A stretch of 52,526 bases of DNA from Candidatus Omnitrophota bacterium (GTDB lineage Bacteria; Omnitrophota; Gorgyraeia; Zapsychrales; Fredricksoniimonadaceae), in assembly GCA_015233165.1 (NCBI GenBank), contig JADFYF010000006.1:1-52526 (forward strand), read 5' to 3'. Within the stretch, counting starts at the first letter, position 1; every line of letters begins with the position of its first letter. Position numbers and translations under genes: made by a program. Shown here piece after piece: positions 18,515-29,092 of this stretch. The notes beneath the pieces were generated by a model, which was not told the origin of the DNA, made no database searches, and worked only from the letters and a program-made list of their open reading frames with translations.

Positions 18515-19378
18515 TCAGGAAATTTTTTGTGCAAAGACAAACATTTCTCCGACGTTGAAAGGGATAACACCTGTCGGGGCCAATCTCAAGAGCCAGCGAA
18601 TGGGTTTATAAAAGAAGGTCTGGGGATGATGTTCACAATGTGTTTTTAGCATTTCTATACTTAGATATTTTATTGCCCAACCATGTTTTTTAGGTAGAAA
18701 ATGAGTTGTTGTTAATAACTGATTAATACTTTTGGTCGAATATAATAGAAGATGTTCCTGAACAAAATGTGGCCATTTTTCTTTTAATATCTTGAAGCTT
18801 AAAGAGTCGATCGTCGGTGTTACAAATAGAATACTTCCCCCTGGCGCTAGCTTCTTATGTAAGAGTGTGAGAAACTCAACTGGGTGGGGAATGTGCTCTA
18901 ATACATCAAATAACGTAATCAGAGAAAAGTACTCATCGGGAAACATATCATTGTTGAAATTGCCTACACGGATGACATCGGATCCTAGAAGTTTTCTGGC
19001 TACAGTGGCAGCCTGCTCGTTGACTTCCACACCAAAGACGTTCCAACCGTGGTTTTTAGCTACTTTTAAAGCTATTCCTGTCGCGCAACCAATTTCGAGT
19101 AAGTTTCCTTTGGGTACAAATTTTTCAACCCAAGTGTAATAATGCTCCGCTGTTTTTTCTCTGGGACGGGAGATATTGAGATTACCCGGGTCCTGGCTTC
19201 GTTTTAGAATATAATCTGCGTTATAGATTTCGCTTTCTTTAAATGAAACTCCGGGGTCTTGAAAGATTAATGAGCAGTCAGAACACTGAAAATAAGGAAT
19301 TTCTCCAGCAGCTGTTTGTATTGCAAGAGAGGAGATGCATTGCTTTCCTGAACAAACAAAGCATGAAGGTATTAACAC
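18515..19378 (-). CDS. Class I SAM-dependent methyltransferase with N-terminal Cys4 motif
   Basis: CFVC..CSDC; LLEIGCATG; FDVLEH. Confidence 0.88.
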   Translation of the reverse strand: MLIPSCFVCSGKQCISSLAIQTAAGEIPYFQCSDCSLIFQDPGVSFKESEIYNADYILKRSQDPGNLNISRPREKTAEHYYTWVEKFVPKGNLLEIGCATGIALKVAKNHGWNVFGVEVNEQAATVARKLLGSDVIRVGNFNNDMFPDEYFSLITLFDVLEHIPHPVEFLTLLHKKLAPGGSILFVTPTIDSLSFKILKEKWPHFVQEHLLLYSTKSINQLLTTTHFLPKKHGWAIKYLSIEMLKTHCEHHPQTFFYKPIRWLLRLAPTGVIPFNVGEMFVFAQKIS

Positions 19379-19539
19379 GTCTATTCTCCTAAATTTGAAT
19401 CCATCAATAGTCCAATTTTGATATTTATAATATTACTCGAGGGAATTTAAGCAAATATATTTAAGTTTTATATGTGAATTATCTTGGAGATGGTATCATT
19501 AATAAAAATATTATCCTTAAGAAATATTGAAAAGATTAT

Positions 19540-20760
19540 ATGCGTATTGAAAAGATTGCAATATTGAAATTTGTTGATCACTGGGTAGGAGGACCAATTT
19601 GTATAATTTTGGTACTACTCTATCGTCTGACACACCCTTTTTATCGAACACATCTCCATGTCCCCTCAAAAGATCTCCCTCCCAAAAAAATAATGATTAT
19701 GAAATTTATCGGAATCGGTAGCATTACATTGGCATCATCCATGATTATTAATATTAGAAATAAATATAAAGATACAAAGATTTATTTTCTCACTTTTAGG
19801 GATAATAAAGAAATTCTGGATATTTTATCTTTGGCAGACAAAGTTCTAATTATTGACTATAGAAATCCTTTTTTGTTATTAAAGACAATTATTGGAAGTC
19901 TTTTATTTTGTTATAAGGAGCGGATTGATATTGTATTGGACATTGAATTTTATTCCAAATTCAGCACGATTATGTCTTTTTTATCGGGAGCACGATGGAG
20001 GGTGGGGTTTTATTTAGCACGATATTGGAGAAATTCATTAATCAATATTCCTATCTATTTTAATAATAGCAGGCATATCCTTGAAATATATTCAATGTTT
20101 TCTAAAGCTTTATTGGTGGATAATCAGAATTTGTATCCAAAAGAAATAAAGATTTCAGATCAAGAAAAAACTGAACTACTAACCATTTTAAAGGAGTATA
20201 ACATTCTTGATTTGAATAAATTTATAGCCTTTAATATACATGCTAGTGATCTTGCTTTATGCAGACGCTGGCCATTAAAACATTTTGTATCTCTAATAGA
20301 GTTGTTTTTTTCAGAAAATAAGGATATCAATATTATTCTAACAGGAGCGAAGAGGGAGGTTTCTTATTCTCAGGAGTTTTTAGAAATTCTGCCTCAACAG
20401 TATCGTCAGCGCGTTATTAATTTGACTGGGAAACTTGCTTTAAAACAATTCTTAACTTTATTAGCGCATATCCCTCTTTTTGTCACCAACGATACCGGAC
20501 CTTTTCATTTAGCTAAAGCTGTAGGTGCCCGAACCATTTCTTTATGGGGGCCTGGTTCCATTGATTTGTATGGTCCATTTGGTAAAGAGAAAGAAGTTCA
20601 GGATGTTATTTATAAAAGATACTCGTGCAGTCCTTGTCTTTATGTTTACAGAACTAATGCGGGATATTTTTGTGAAGGGAAGGCTCCTTGTATGGAAGAA
20701 ATACAACCTGAAGAAGTTTTGGATTTGATGAGACAGAGATTAAATCAAAGGATTTCTTAG
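19540..20760 (+). CDS. GT9 (heptosyltransferase-like) glycosyltransferase
   Basis: GIGS, RRWP, TNDTGPFHLA.A.G..TISLWGP, CSPC. Confidence 0.88.
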   Translation: MRIEKIAILKFVDHWVGGPICIILVLLYRLTHPFYRTHLHVPSKDLPPKKIMIMKFIGIGSITLASSMIINIRNKYKDTKIYFLTFRDNKEILDILSLADKVLIIDYRNPFLLLKTIIGSLLFCYKERIDIVLDIEFYSKFSTIMSFLSGARWRVGFYLARYWRNSLINIPIYFNNSRHILEIYSMFSKALLVDNQNLYPKEIKISDQEKTELLTILKEYNILDLNKFIAFNIHASDLALCRRWPLKHFVSLIELFFSENKDINIILTGAKREVSYSQEFLEILPQQYRQRVINLTGKLALKQFLTLLAHIPLFVTNDTGPFHLAKAVGARTISLWGPGSIDLYGPFGKEKEVQDVIYKRYSCSPCLYVYRTNAGYFCEGKAPCMEEIQPEEVLDLMRQRLNQRIS

Positions 20761-20774
20761 AGTTTTAAGATCAT

Positions 20775-22292
20775 ATGCGTTTTATATTCAAATATTTCCT
20801 TTTGGTTGTCATCTGCTTAAGTATTTTTCTTATTTTTTATAAGTTTTCATACTTAAAACTCAATACCGCCGATAGCAGTATCTACTTAAGTAATGCAGAA
20901 AACATTGTTAATCATAAAGGATTTGTCGTTAGTTACAATCTTTGCCAGTCTTTTAATACGTTATATCATCCTATTTGGGCCTACTATCAACCTCTTTATT
21001 CGCTCTTTGCCTCTTTTTTTATTAGTCATGGCGGAATTGTCAAAGTCATTCAAGCCAATATTTTACTCTTCGCTTTAAACGTAACATTAATTTTTTATAT
21101 TGTTCAAAGTGTCATCCCTTCTCGTTTTAATATTCTTTTTATTTTCTTTTTAGCGTTTTCTTTTAATTTTTATATTTCAGCTTTCTATGCATGGACAGAA
21201 CAACTTCATTTTCTTTGTTTTATAGTAAGCTTTATTCTTTTTTTGAAACATTCAAAATCTTCTATTCATCTTATGATTTTAGGATTCTTGAATGGCATTT
21301 TTATGTTGATTAGAGTTGCACACTTTTATAATTTTCTAGCCTATTTGCCTGTTATTTTTATCGGCAAGGATCCTATTCGGAAGAAGTTAAATCAAGCGTT
21401 TTCTTTTATTGGGGGATTTATCTTTTCATTCGGGCTTTATCAATTGTTTTGCTGGTTTTCATACCATAGCTTCTATCCTGAATATGCAAGACCCGGAGCA
21501 AGTTATGGTTTGGCTCGCTTTGCAACGGCAACTGTGTATAGTTTAGATAAGGTTGGAATACAGATTTTCCCTACCCACTTTTTCTCCTTTAAACATTTTT
21601 TGTATATTCAAGAGCATCTGAGGGATTTCTTTTATCAGATGCCGTTTTTTTTATGGCCTTCTTTATTTTATTTCTTTCTTCCAAAGCATAAAAGAATGGA
21701 TGGAGGTCTGATTGCCCTTTGCTTTTCTCAGAGTATTTTTACCGTATTGGGATATTCATTGACATATTATTGGTTAACATTTTCTTTTGATTCTTTAAGG
21801 TATTCATTAATTCCTTTTGTTTTGATGAGTATTGCGGGTTGGTATTGCATGTATCAAGGGTTATCATTATCAGAATCATGGGGTAAGAGATTGGCAGGTT
21901 CTGTGATATTGCTAAGTCTTTTATGTCCGCAAATCGCCAGATTTATATCATTTAAAGATTATTTTTTGAAACATCCTTTATTGGAGCAGCCGTATTACAA
22001 GGATTTGTTTGCAAGTTTTGAATGGATTGATAAGAATTTACCAAAAGAGGTTTTGGTGGCTTCTGATGAAGATCAGCAAGGATATTTTATGCATCGTCCC
22101 TTTATTTCAACACCGGTAGGACAATCTTTTAATTGTCAGAATTTCCTTTTATACAATAAGATTTACTCTCCGGATTATTATTTACTTTCTTCTAATATCT
22201 CTGATGAATGTCTGAATTTTGCAAAGGTGAAACAAACGAAGCTGTTTTCAAATCATACTTTTAGGGTTCTACGTGTTATGAAAGGCAGATGA
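20775..22292 (+). CDS. Multi-TM membrane protein, GT-C/ArnT-like
   Basis: DS..Y...A.NI loop, Y.PLY, WTE, many TM helices, WI..NLP C-terminal domain. Confidence 0.65.
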   Translation: MRFIFKYFLLVVICLSIFLIFYKFSYLKLNTADSSIYLSNAENIVNHKGFVVSYNLCQSFNTLYHPIWAYYQPLYSLFASFFISHGGIVKVIQANILLFALNVTLIFYIVQSVIPSRFNILFIFFLAFSFNFYISAFYAWTEQLHFLCFIVSFILFLKHSKSSIHLMILGFLNGIFMLIRVAHFYNFLAYLPVIFIGKDPIRKKLNQAFSFIGGFIFSFGLYQLFCWFSYHSFYPEYARPGASYGLARFATATVYSLDKVGIQIFPTHFFSFKHFLYIQEHLRDFFYQMPFFLWPSLFYFFLPKHKRMDGGLIALCFSQSIFTVLGYSLTYYWLTFSFDSLRYSLIPFVLMSIAGWYCMYQGLSLSESWGKRLAGSVILLSLLCPQIARFISFKDYFLKHPLLEQPYYKDLFASFEWIDKNLPKEVLVASDEDQQGYFMHRPFISTPVGQSFNCQNFLLYNKIYSPDYYLLSSNISDECLNFAKVKQTKLFSNHTFRVLRVMKGR

Positions 22293-22294
22293 GT

Positions 22295-23161
22295 ATGAAG
22301 GGGATTATTCTTGCTGGTGGTAAAGCAACGAGACTTTATCCTGTGACTAAGGGGGTCTGTAAGCAGCTGCTTCCGGTTTACGATAAACCTTTAATTTATT
22401 ATCCTTTGTCGGTTTTGATGCTAGCTGGTATTAAAGATATCTTGATCATATCGACGCCTGAGGACAGGGAGCATTTTCAGGGGTTTTTTAATGACGGGCA
22501 TCATTTAGGAGTAAACATATCTTATGCTATTCAGCCTCAGGCCCAGGGCATCGCTCAAGCATTCTTGATTGGAGAAAAGTTTATTGGTAAGGAACGGGTG
22601 GCATTAATTTTAGGGGACAATATCTTCTTTGGGGATAAACTGGGTCATGTTCTTAGGGAAGCCATCTCACATAAGCATGGAGCCACAGTATTTGGTTATA
22701 AGGTGAGTGATCCTTGTCGATACGGAGTGATTAGTTTTGATAAGAATGCGAGGCCAAAGACTATTATCGAGAAACCTAAGAAATCATTGTCTGACTGGGC
22801 CGTCACAGGTCTTTATTTTTATGATCACCATGTGGTCGATGTGGCTAAGACATTAAAACCATCGGCGAGAGGAGAATTGGAGATTACAGACATTAATCAA
22901 TATTACCTTAAGAAGAATCAATTGCATGTTTTGTGTCTCAGCCGAGGGTTTGCCTGGTTAGATACAGGAACTCCGGACTCTTTGTTGGATGCTTCGATAT
23001 TTATAAGAATTGTCGAGGAGAGGCAGGGATTGAAAATTGGGTGTATTGAAGAAGTGGCCTTTCGTATGGGTTTTATTACTAAGAAACAGTTGAAGGTTTT
23101 GGCAAGAACGATGAATACGTCCTATGGGAATTATCTTCAAAGGATAGCTCTCAATGAATAA
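22295..23161 (+). CDS. rfbA: Glucose-1-phosphate thymidylyltransferase
   Basis: MKGIILAGG.ATRLYP, KQLLPVYDKP, LGDNIF, RGELEITD, WLDTGT. Confidence 0.97.
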   Translation: MKGIILAGGKATRLYPVTKGVCKQLLPVYDKPLIYYPLSVLMLAGIKDILIISTPEDREHFQGFFNDGHHLGVNISYAIQPQAQGIAQAFLIGEKFIGKERVALILGDNIFFGDKLGHVLREAISHKHGATVFGYKVSDPCRYGVISFDKNARPKTIIEKPKKSLSDWAVTGLYFYDHHVVDVAKTLKPSARGELEITDINQYYLKKNQLHVLCLSRGFAWLDTGTPDSLLDASIFIRIVEERQGLKIGCIEEVAFRMGFITKKQLKVLARTMNTSYGNYLQRIALNE

Positions 23162-23975
23162 TAGAGTGTTAATTCTAGGTAATGGCTATATTGCATCAAG
23201 ACTGCAAAAGCAATGGGGTTGTCCTGTCTATGATAAGAAGATTCTCAGCTATCAGGATGCGGTTGATGCGATCAAGAAATATAAGCCAACTGTTTTAGTT
23301 AATTGTATTGGGTATGTCGGAGAGCGTAATGTGGATGATTGTGAGCTAGATGTGGATCGATGTTTGCTGGCGAATACCATGGTTCCCATCTGGTTAGGGG
23401 AGGTAGCTTTTAGGAAAGCTATCAAATTAGTGCATATCAGCAGTGGGTGCGTTTATCATTATGATTACAAGAAACAAAAACCTATGACAGAAGAGCAGTT
23501 GCCGGATTATTTTAAGTTATTTTATAGTCGGACGAAGATTTATGCGGAGGGTGTATTAAATACTTTAGTCAAGAACAGTAATGTGTTGATTGTTAGAATA
23601 AGGATCCCTTTAGATAGAACTCCTCATCCACGCAATCTTCTTACAAAACTCATTAAGTATAAGAAGGTTATTAATATCCCTAATTCAATAACCTATATTC
23701 CAGATTTTATTAAAGCTTTGGAACATTTACTTAAGATGGATGCCAGAGGAATCTTTAATATTGTTAATAAAGGGGGTTTGAAGTATTCCGCATTAATGGA
23801 TATCTATAAGAAAAGTGTTCCGGATTTTAAATATAAAATAATTTCCCCTGAAGATCTTCATCTCGATCGGACAAATTTATTATTGTCTGTTCGCAAACTA
23901 GAAAAGACTGGTTTTAAAGTCCAAAAGATTAACGATGTTTTACTGGAATGCGTCGAGCATTACGTTAAACATTAA
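23154..23975 (+). CDS. NDP-4-keto-6-deoxyglucose 3,5-epimerase/4-reductase (NRS/ER-like SDR)
   Basis: NVD.CE, SSGCVY, YSRTK, RIRIP.....PRNLLTKL..Y..V..IPNS.T. Confidence 0.75.
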   Translation: MNNRVLILGNGYIASRLQKQWGCPVYDKKILSYQDAVDAIKKYKPTVLVNCIGYVGERNVDDCELDVDRCLLANTMVPIWLGEVAFRKAIKLVHISSGCVYHYDYKKQKPMTEEQLPDYFKLFYSRTKIYAEGVLNTLVKNSNVLIVRIRIPLDRTPHPRNLLTKLIKYKKVINIPNSITYIPDFIKALEHLLKMDARGIFNIVNKGGLKYSALMDIYKKSVPDFKYKIISPEDLHLDRTNLLLSVRKLEKTGFKVQKINDVLLECVEHYVKH

Positions 23976-23981
23976 CTCACT

Positions 23982-25187
23982 TTATAAGTGTCTAAATGTC
24001 TCACCGGTTAGTTTCTCTGCTTCAGCTGTGATTGTTCCTGTATGTCTTCCAAAGCAAATCCCTAAAGCTTCATAAATAGCCACTTGACGAAGATCAACAT
24101 GACGCTGCGTGATGGCTTCCTTGGTATCCATGTAACGAACCTTGCCATTGTTGATTCCGGCAACGGTCACGCCGATGATGCCTTGATTCAAGAGAAGAAA
24201 GGCGCCTGCACCCACTTCTTGACCAAAGTTGACGTCATAGGCGCTGGAGTGTCCGCAGCGGACCAGATGGCCTGGTGTCACAGCGCGTACTTCGGGATTT
24301 TCATTGATGCCTTTAACAAACATTCCTGTTTTTTTCATTAAATCATGGATGCTAGGATCCGCTTTAAGACGTTTGCTTAATTGCTGGCAGACATAATTAG
24401 CAGCGCCAGCTAATCGTTTATGACCAAACGCGTCTACAGGGGCTGATTCATCGACGATATCTGCACCGCTTGCGTCTTTAATTCCTTCCGCGACAACAAT
24501 CATGTAGGTTCCTGCGCGGACATCACTATTCATGATGCGTTTAAAATAGCGTTGTTTCATGTGTTGGTAGAGAATATCAAAATCGCAGGGGATCTCAGGG
24601 ATAATGATGGCATCCGCGTTAGCAGCAACCCCACCGCGAAAAGCTGTGTGTCCAGCGTAACGGCCGAAGACTTCCATAGCTAAAATACGATTATGGGTCA
24701 TGGCTGTTGTTTTTAAATCTTGCAGAAAGTTGGCAATACGGTTAATCGTAGAATCAGCACCGACGGAATAGGTCTGAAGATCCAGATCCATCGTTTTAGG
24801 GGCATGCACGCATTTAATACCATGCTCGGTCAAATCAACCATAACGCTTCCGGAATCGTCGCCGCCGGAAATGATAAGGCCGTCCAACTTAAATTTTTCT
24901 AAACCTTTTTTGATGCGCAGATATTTATCAGCATCTTCAATTTTCTTAATCTTGACGCGGGAATGACCAGCTTCGGAACCAGCTAGGTTGGCGTCAATTT
25001 CGTCAATACGTTCGTACGTCAGTTCTGTGAGCTTGTCAAAATCCACCAGATTATATAAACCAGCATAACCATTGGGGATGACGAAGCAGGTGGCTCCGTG
25101 GGAGAGAGCCATGGAAGCCGCCCCTTTGATAACACCATTAAGACCTCCGCAGTCTCCACCTGAAGTGATAATTCCGATACGTTTCAT
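23982..25187 (-). CDS. 6-phosphofructokinase, probably PPi-dependent
   Basis: TSGGDCGGLN, GGDDS, PKTMDLD, EVFGRYAG; start MKRIG. Confidence 0.9.
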   Translation of the reverse strand: MKRIGIITSGGDCGGLNGVIKGAASMALSHGATCFVIPNGYAGLYNLVDFDKLTELTYERIDEIDANLAGSEAGHSRVKIKKIEDADKYLRIKKGLEKFKLDGLIISGGDDSGSVMVDLTEHGIKCVHAPKTMDLDLQTYSVGADSTINRIANFLQDLKTTAMTHNRILAMEVFGRYAGHTAFRGGVAANADAIIIPEIPCDFDILYQHMKQRYFKRIMNSDVRAGTYMIVVAEGIKDASGADIVDESAPVDAFGHKRLAGAANYVCQQLSKRLKADPSIHDLMKKTGMFVKGINENPEVRAVTPGHLVRCGHSSAYDVNFGQEVGAGAFLLLNQGIIGVTVAGINNGKVRYMDTKEAITQRHVDLRQVAIYEALGICFGRHTGTITAEAEKLTGETFRHL

Positions 25188-25288
25188 ATATAAGCTCCTT
25201 GAGTAGAAATTAAGGGTTAAATAATAAATGGAAGGCAATAAAGTAGCATAAACATTAAGAGAAATCAAATTGAAAAGAGAGAAGGGGA

Positions 25289-26953
25289 TTAAGGCTTCTG
25301 GGCGGTGGTCAGCATATCTTCGGCGTGTTGCAGGGATATCTTGGTGGCATTTTGTCCGCTCATCATTTGGGCAATCTCTTCCACACGAGCTTTATTGTCT
25401 AGAAGTTTCACCTCTGTCGTTGCGCGGCTGGCTTTAACAGATTTTACGACTTTAAAATGTCGGTTGGCAAAGGAGGCGATTTGAGGCAGATGGGTAATGA
25501 GAATGACCTGACGGTGCTTGGCCAGATCCGTAAGCTTCTTCCCTGTGATTGTTCCTAAACGTCCGCCGATTTGAGCGTCGATTTCATCAAAGATAAGAAC
25601 AGGAATAGGATCAACCTTGATCAGGGCTTTTTTAAGGGCCAGCATGACACGGGCAGCTTCGCCTGAAGACACAATCTGGGCTAAGGGTTTAAGCTCCTCG
25701 CCGGCATTGGGGCTGATGTAAAAGACAATATGATCAGAGCCTTCGGGACCAAAGGAAGTCTTCTCGAAGCGGACTTCAAACTGAACATGATTGATGCCTA
25801 GTTCCTTGAGTTCTTTTTCAATAGTCGTATTGAGATCTTCTGCGGCGGCCTGACGAGCTTTAGAGATTTTATTGGCAATCTTGGTTAATTCTTTTTCTTT
25901 GTCAGAAATATTCTGGCGAAGTTGGGAGTCATTGTTTTCAAAGTCTTTGATCAGATCCAGTTTTGCTTTTGTTTCTTGATAGAAGTGAGCGGCCTCTGTC
26001 AGGGAAGGGCCGTATTTGCGGCGGATATCCTGATACGTGTCGTAGATTCTGTTAATTTCTTCAGCTTGAGATGGATCGAAACTTAAGCTTTCGGCGTAAT
26101 GAGTCAATTGGCTAATCAGATCAGTTGTTTGTTCCTGAATGAGAGTGAGTTCATCTAAAAGAGGGGTTGTTTTTTCATCGATCTGATTTAGATTCTTCAG
26201 AGGCGTAAATGCTTTGCGTAATTGCTGATGAACGCCGACGTCCTCATCTTCCAGAATTCCTAAAAGATTCTGAATATGTTCGTAAAGCTTCTGAGCGTTG
26301 TTAATTTTGACAATCTCCTGAGAGATTTCTTCATATTTGTCTTCGCTCAAAGGTACAGCTTCCAGTTCCTTGACCTGATGGGCCAGAAGGTCCACATCCC
26401 GTTGACGTGTTTGAGATAATTCTGTCAGCGAAGCCAGTTTCTTTTGCAAGTCGGTATATTCGCGATATAAGTCTGTGTAATCTGTCTTGAGATTTTTAAA
26501 CTCAACTAATTTATCTAACATTTTTAGATGTTCATTTTCAGAAAGAAGCATTTGATGGTCGTGAGCCCCATGAAAATCAATCAGATGATTGCCGATACTT
26601 TTCAGTTGACCAACTGTGACATTTAAACCGTTGATTTTGATTTTATTTTTGCCATCCGCCGCTAAAGATCGCTGGATAATGAGTTGAGTGTCTGTGTCCG
26701 TTAAGAAATCCTGAAAAACTTCATTGGAGAGTAAGTTCTGATTAAGATCAAGAACGGCTTCAATGACGCAGGGATTCTTGGGGTCTCGGATTGAAGAGGC
26801 ATCAATGCGTTCTCCCAGGACGGAACGCAGGGCATCAATAAGAATGGATTTTCCGGCACCGGTTTCACCGGTTAAGATGTTCAATTTCTCATCAAATTCG
26901 ATGGCAATTTTGTCGATTAGTCCGAAATTTTGGATAGTCAGTTGGCTAAGCAT
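25289..26953 (-). CDS. recN: DNA repair protein RecN
   Basis: TGETGAGKS, coiled coil, SSGE..R.MLALK, FDEID, ITHLPQIA. Confidence 0.96.
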   Translation of the reverse strand: MLSQLTIQNFGLIDKIAIEFDEKLNILTGETGAGKSILIDALRSVLGERIDASSIRDPKNPCVIEAVLDLNQNLLSNEVFQDFLTDTDTQLIIQRSLAADGKNKIKINGLNVTVGQLKSIGNHLIDFHGAHDHQMLLSENEHLKMLDKLVEFKNLKTDYTDLYREYTDLQKKLASLTELSQTRQRDVDLLAHQVKELEAVPLSEDKYEEISQEIVKINNAQKLYEHIQNLLGILEDEDVGVHQQLRKAFTPLKNLNQIDEKTTPLLDELTLIQEQTTDLISQLTHYAESLSFDPSQAEEINRIYDTYQDIRRKYGPSLTEAAHFYQETKAKLDLIKDFENNDSQLRQNISDKEKELTKIANKISKARQAAAEDLNTTIEKELKELGINHVQFEVRFEKTSFGPEGSDHIVFYISPNAGEELKPLAQIVSSGEAARVMLALKKALIKVDPIPVLIFDEIDAQIGGRLGTITGKKLTDLAKHRQVILITHLPQIASFANRHFKVVKSVKASRATTEVKLLDNKARVEEIAQMMSGQNATKISLQHAEDMLTTAQKP

Positions 26954-27090
26954 GGGTTCAATGTTATCAAAGAAGACAGTGTTTGAGAAGGTTAAAAATC
27001 AGCCATTCATTTTGATTGAAGTCAGAAGCGCAAGGCAGTATACTTCTTCAATAAAAATTATTTTCTGAATCAGAATCAAACGATATCAAT

Positions 27091-27972
27091 ATGTCTATAA
27101 AAACCTTCATTGATGTTCTACGTCTTCGGCAGTGGGTCAAGAATCTATTTATTATTTCTCCGCTTATTTTTTCAGGGCGTTTTAATGAAATACATCTGTG
27201 GCTGCATTGTTTATTGACGATGGCGGCGTTTTGTTTGGTCAGCAGCGGGATGTATATCATTAATGACCTTGTCGATTTAAACGAAGACCGGAGGCATCCT
27301 AAGAAGGCCCAGAGGCCTTTAGCAGCAGGAAGGGTGAAGACATCCACTGCTAAGATGGTGGCGATGTTTCTTTTAGGATCGGGGGGCCTACTGTGTTTGA
27401 GTCAGGGCCGTGATGTTTTTATATTGGCGTTATGTTATGTCCTGTTGCATGTTCTCTATAATCTACGCACCAAGCATCTTGTCATTCTGGATGTTCTGAC
27501 CGTTGCCTTAGGATTTCAGATTCGAATTTGGGCAGGATCTGCGGCAGTTCATATCATACCTTCCGCATGGCTTCAGATTTGTATGTTTGTCTTAGCTCTA
27601 TTCTTAGGTTTTACAAAACGTCGTTGTGAGATTGTTTATTTAGAAAATTCAGCCTCTTCTCACCGGGCAGTTTTATCCCATTACACAGAGTATTTCTTAG
27701 ATCAGATGATTGTGATCTGCTCCACGTTATCGATTGTTCTGTATGGTCTTTATACCGTTTCTGCAGAGGTCACGGATCGTATTCATGGATATGCGATGTT
27801 TTATTCCATCGGTTTTGTAGTGTATGGTATTTTTCGTTATTTATATCTTCTTCATGTTAAGAAGTTGGGAGATGATCCTAGTGAAGCTTTACTGTCGGAT
27901 CGACCGATGATGATTAATATTGTGTTGTGGCTGCTGTTTATAGTAACTGTGATTCAATTAGCTCATACCTAA
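27091..27972 (+). CDS. UbiA-family polyprenyl-phosphate phosphoribosyltransferase
   Basis: R..QWVKN, YIIND..D...DR.HP.K..RPLAAG, KRR.E, FRYL. Confidence 0.88.
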   Translation: MSIKTFIDVLRLRQWVKNLFIISPLIFSGRFNEIHLWLHCLLTMAAFCLVSSGMYIINDLVDLNEDRRHPKKAQRPLAAGRVKTSTAKMVAMFLLGSGGLLCLSQGRDVFILALCYVLLHVLYNLRTKHLVILDVLTVALGFQIRIWAGSAAVHIIPSAWLQICMFVLALFLGFTKRRCEIVYLENSASSHRAVLSHYTEYFLDQMIVICSTLSIVLYGLYTVSAEVTDRIHGYAMFYSIGFVVYGIFRYLYLLHVKKLGDDPSEALLSDRPMMINIVLWLLFIVTVIQLAHT

Positions 27973-27974
27973 AC

Positions 27975-29078
27975 ATGCCTAAGATCAGTCTTACGGATAT
28001 ATTCTTCTCTCATGGCAGTTGGTCCTTAAAGTTTATAAAGTTTCTCGATTTTATTTTTGGAACGGCGATTTCCTTGATAGTGTTCAAGTCAATAAGAACA
28101 CCAATTCCAAATCATGTTCGTAGAATTCTCATTATTCGTCCAGGAGGAATTGGGGATGCTGTATTTCTGTTGCCTATTCTAAGAATTCTTAAAGACAATC
28201 ATATTCAGATAGAAATTCTTTGTGAGCCTCGAAATCAGGAGGTATTTACTTCTCAAGGGTATGTGACTTATTCTTACTTACGATTGGATACATGGTGGAG
28301 AGTTCTGACTCATTCCTATGACGTTGTTGTTGACACAGAACAGTGGCATTATTTGACGGCAATTTTGAGTTATTGTGTTAAAACATCCTATAGAATTGGA
28401 TTTGCCACAAGGGCTCTTCGTGCGAAATTATTTAATAAGCAGGTGATGTATGGAACGAACGATTACGAGTTAGATAACTTCTTGAGATTATTTGAAGGTT
28501 TACTACCCTTTGATTATAAGAGGATCCATGTTAATCATTCATTTGATATTTCTGGAAAATTAAAGACGTGGGCTTCTCAACAAGTGCCTACAAAGAGTAT
28601 CGCGGTGTTTCTGGGAGCAAGTATTGCTATCAGGCGTTTTTCTAAGAAGCAAATATTAGATATTGTCCATATCATATTGACCAAAGGATATTCTCCTGTT
28701 CTTCTAGGGGGTAGAGATGTTGTTTGGTGTGCTAATGAAGTATTAAGAGAGAATGGGGCGCAGAGGATTTATAATTTTGTTGGAAAAGTATCTTTAACAG
28801 AAAGTGCGGCGCTCATTCAAAGGTGTCAGAGTTTTATTGGTATGGATTCAGGGGGGGCTCATCTGGCATCTGCCGTTGGAACTCCTGTCTTGTCCGTTTT
28901 TGGTCCTGGCAATGTTCATAAATGGCAAATGAGGGGAGAGCACCATGAGGTTCTAACGAACAACTCTTCTTGTTCGCCATGCACTAAATTTGGTTATACT
29001 GTACCGAGTTGTCAAGGTTCGTATCATTGTTTAAAAGAATTAGATCTTCAAAAAAGGGTATCGTTATTTATTAATTAA
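27975..29078 (+). CDS. GT9 glycosyltransferase
   Basis: IRPGGIGD, DSG..HLA.AVGTP....FGP, CSPC. Confidence 0.88.
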   Translation: MPKISLTDIFFSHGSWSLKFIKFLDFIFGTAISLIVFKSIRTPIPNHVRRILIIRPGGIGDAVFLLPILRILKDNHIQIEILCEPRNQEVFTSQGYVTYSYLRLDTWWRVLTHSYDVVVDTEQWHYLTAILSYCVKTSYRIGFATRALRAKLFNKQVMYGTNDYELDNFLRLFEGLLPFDYKRIHVNHSFDISGKLKTWASQQVPTKSIAVFLGASIAIRRFSKKQILDIVHIILTKGYSPVLLGGRDVVWCANEVLRENGAQRIYNFVGKVSLTESAALIQRCQSFIGMDSGGAHLASAVGTPVLSVFGPGNVHKWQMRGEHHEVLTNNSSCSPCTKFGYTVPSCQGSYHCLKELDLQKRVSLFIN

Positions 29079-29092
29079 CTCTAGAGGGAATT

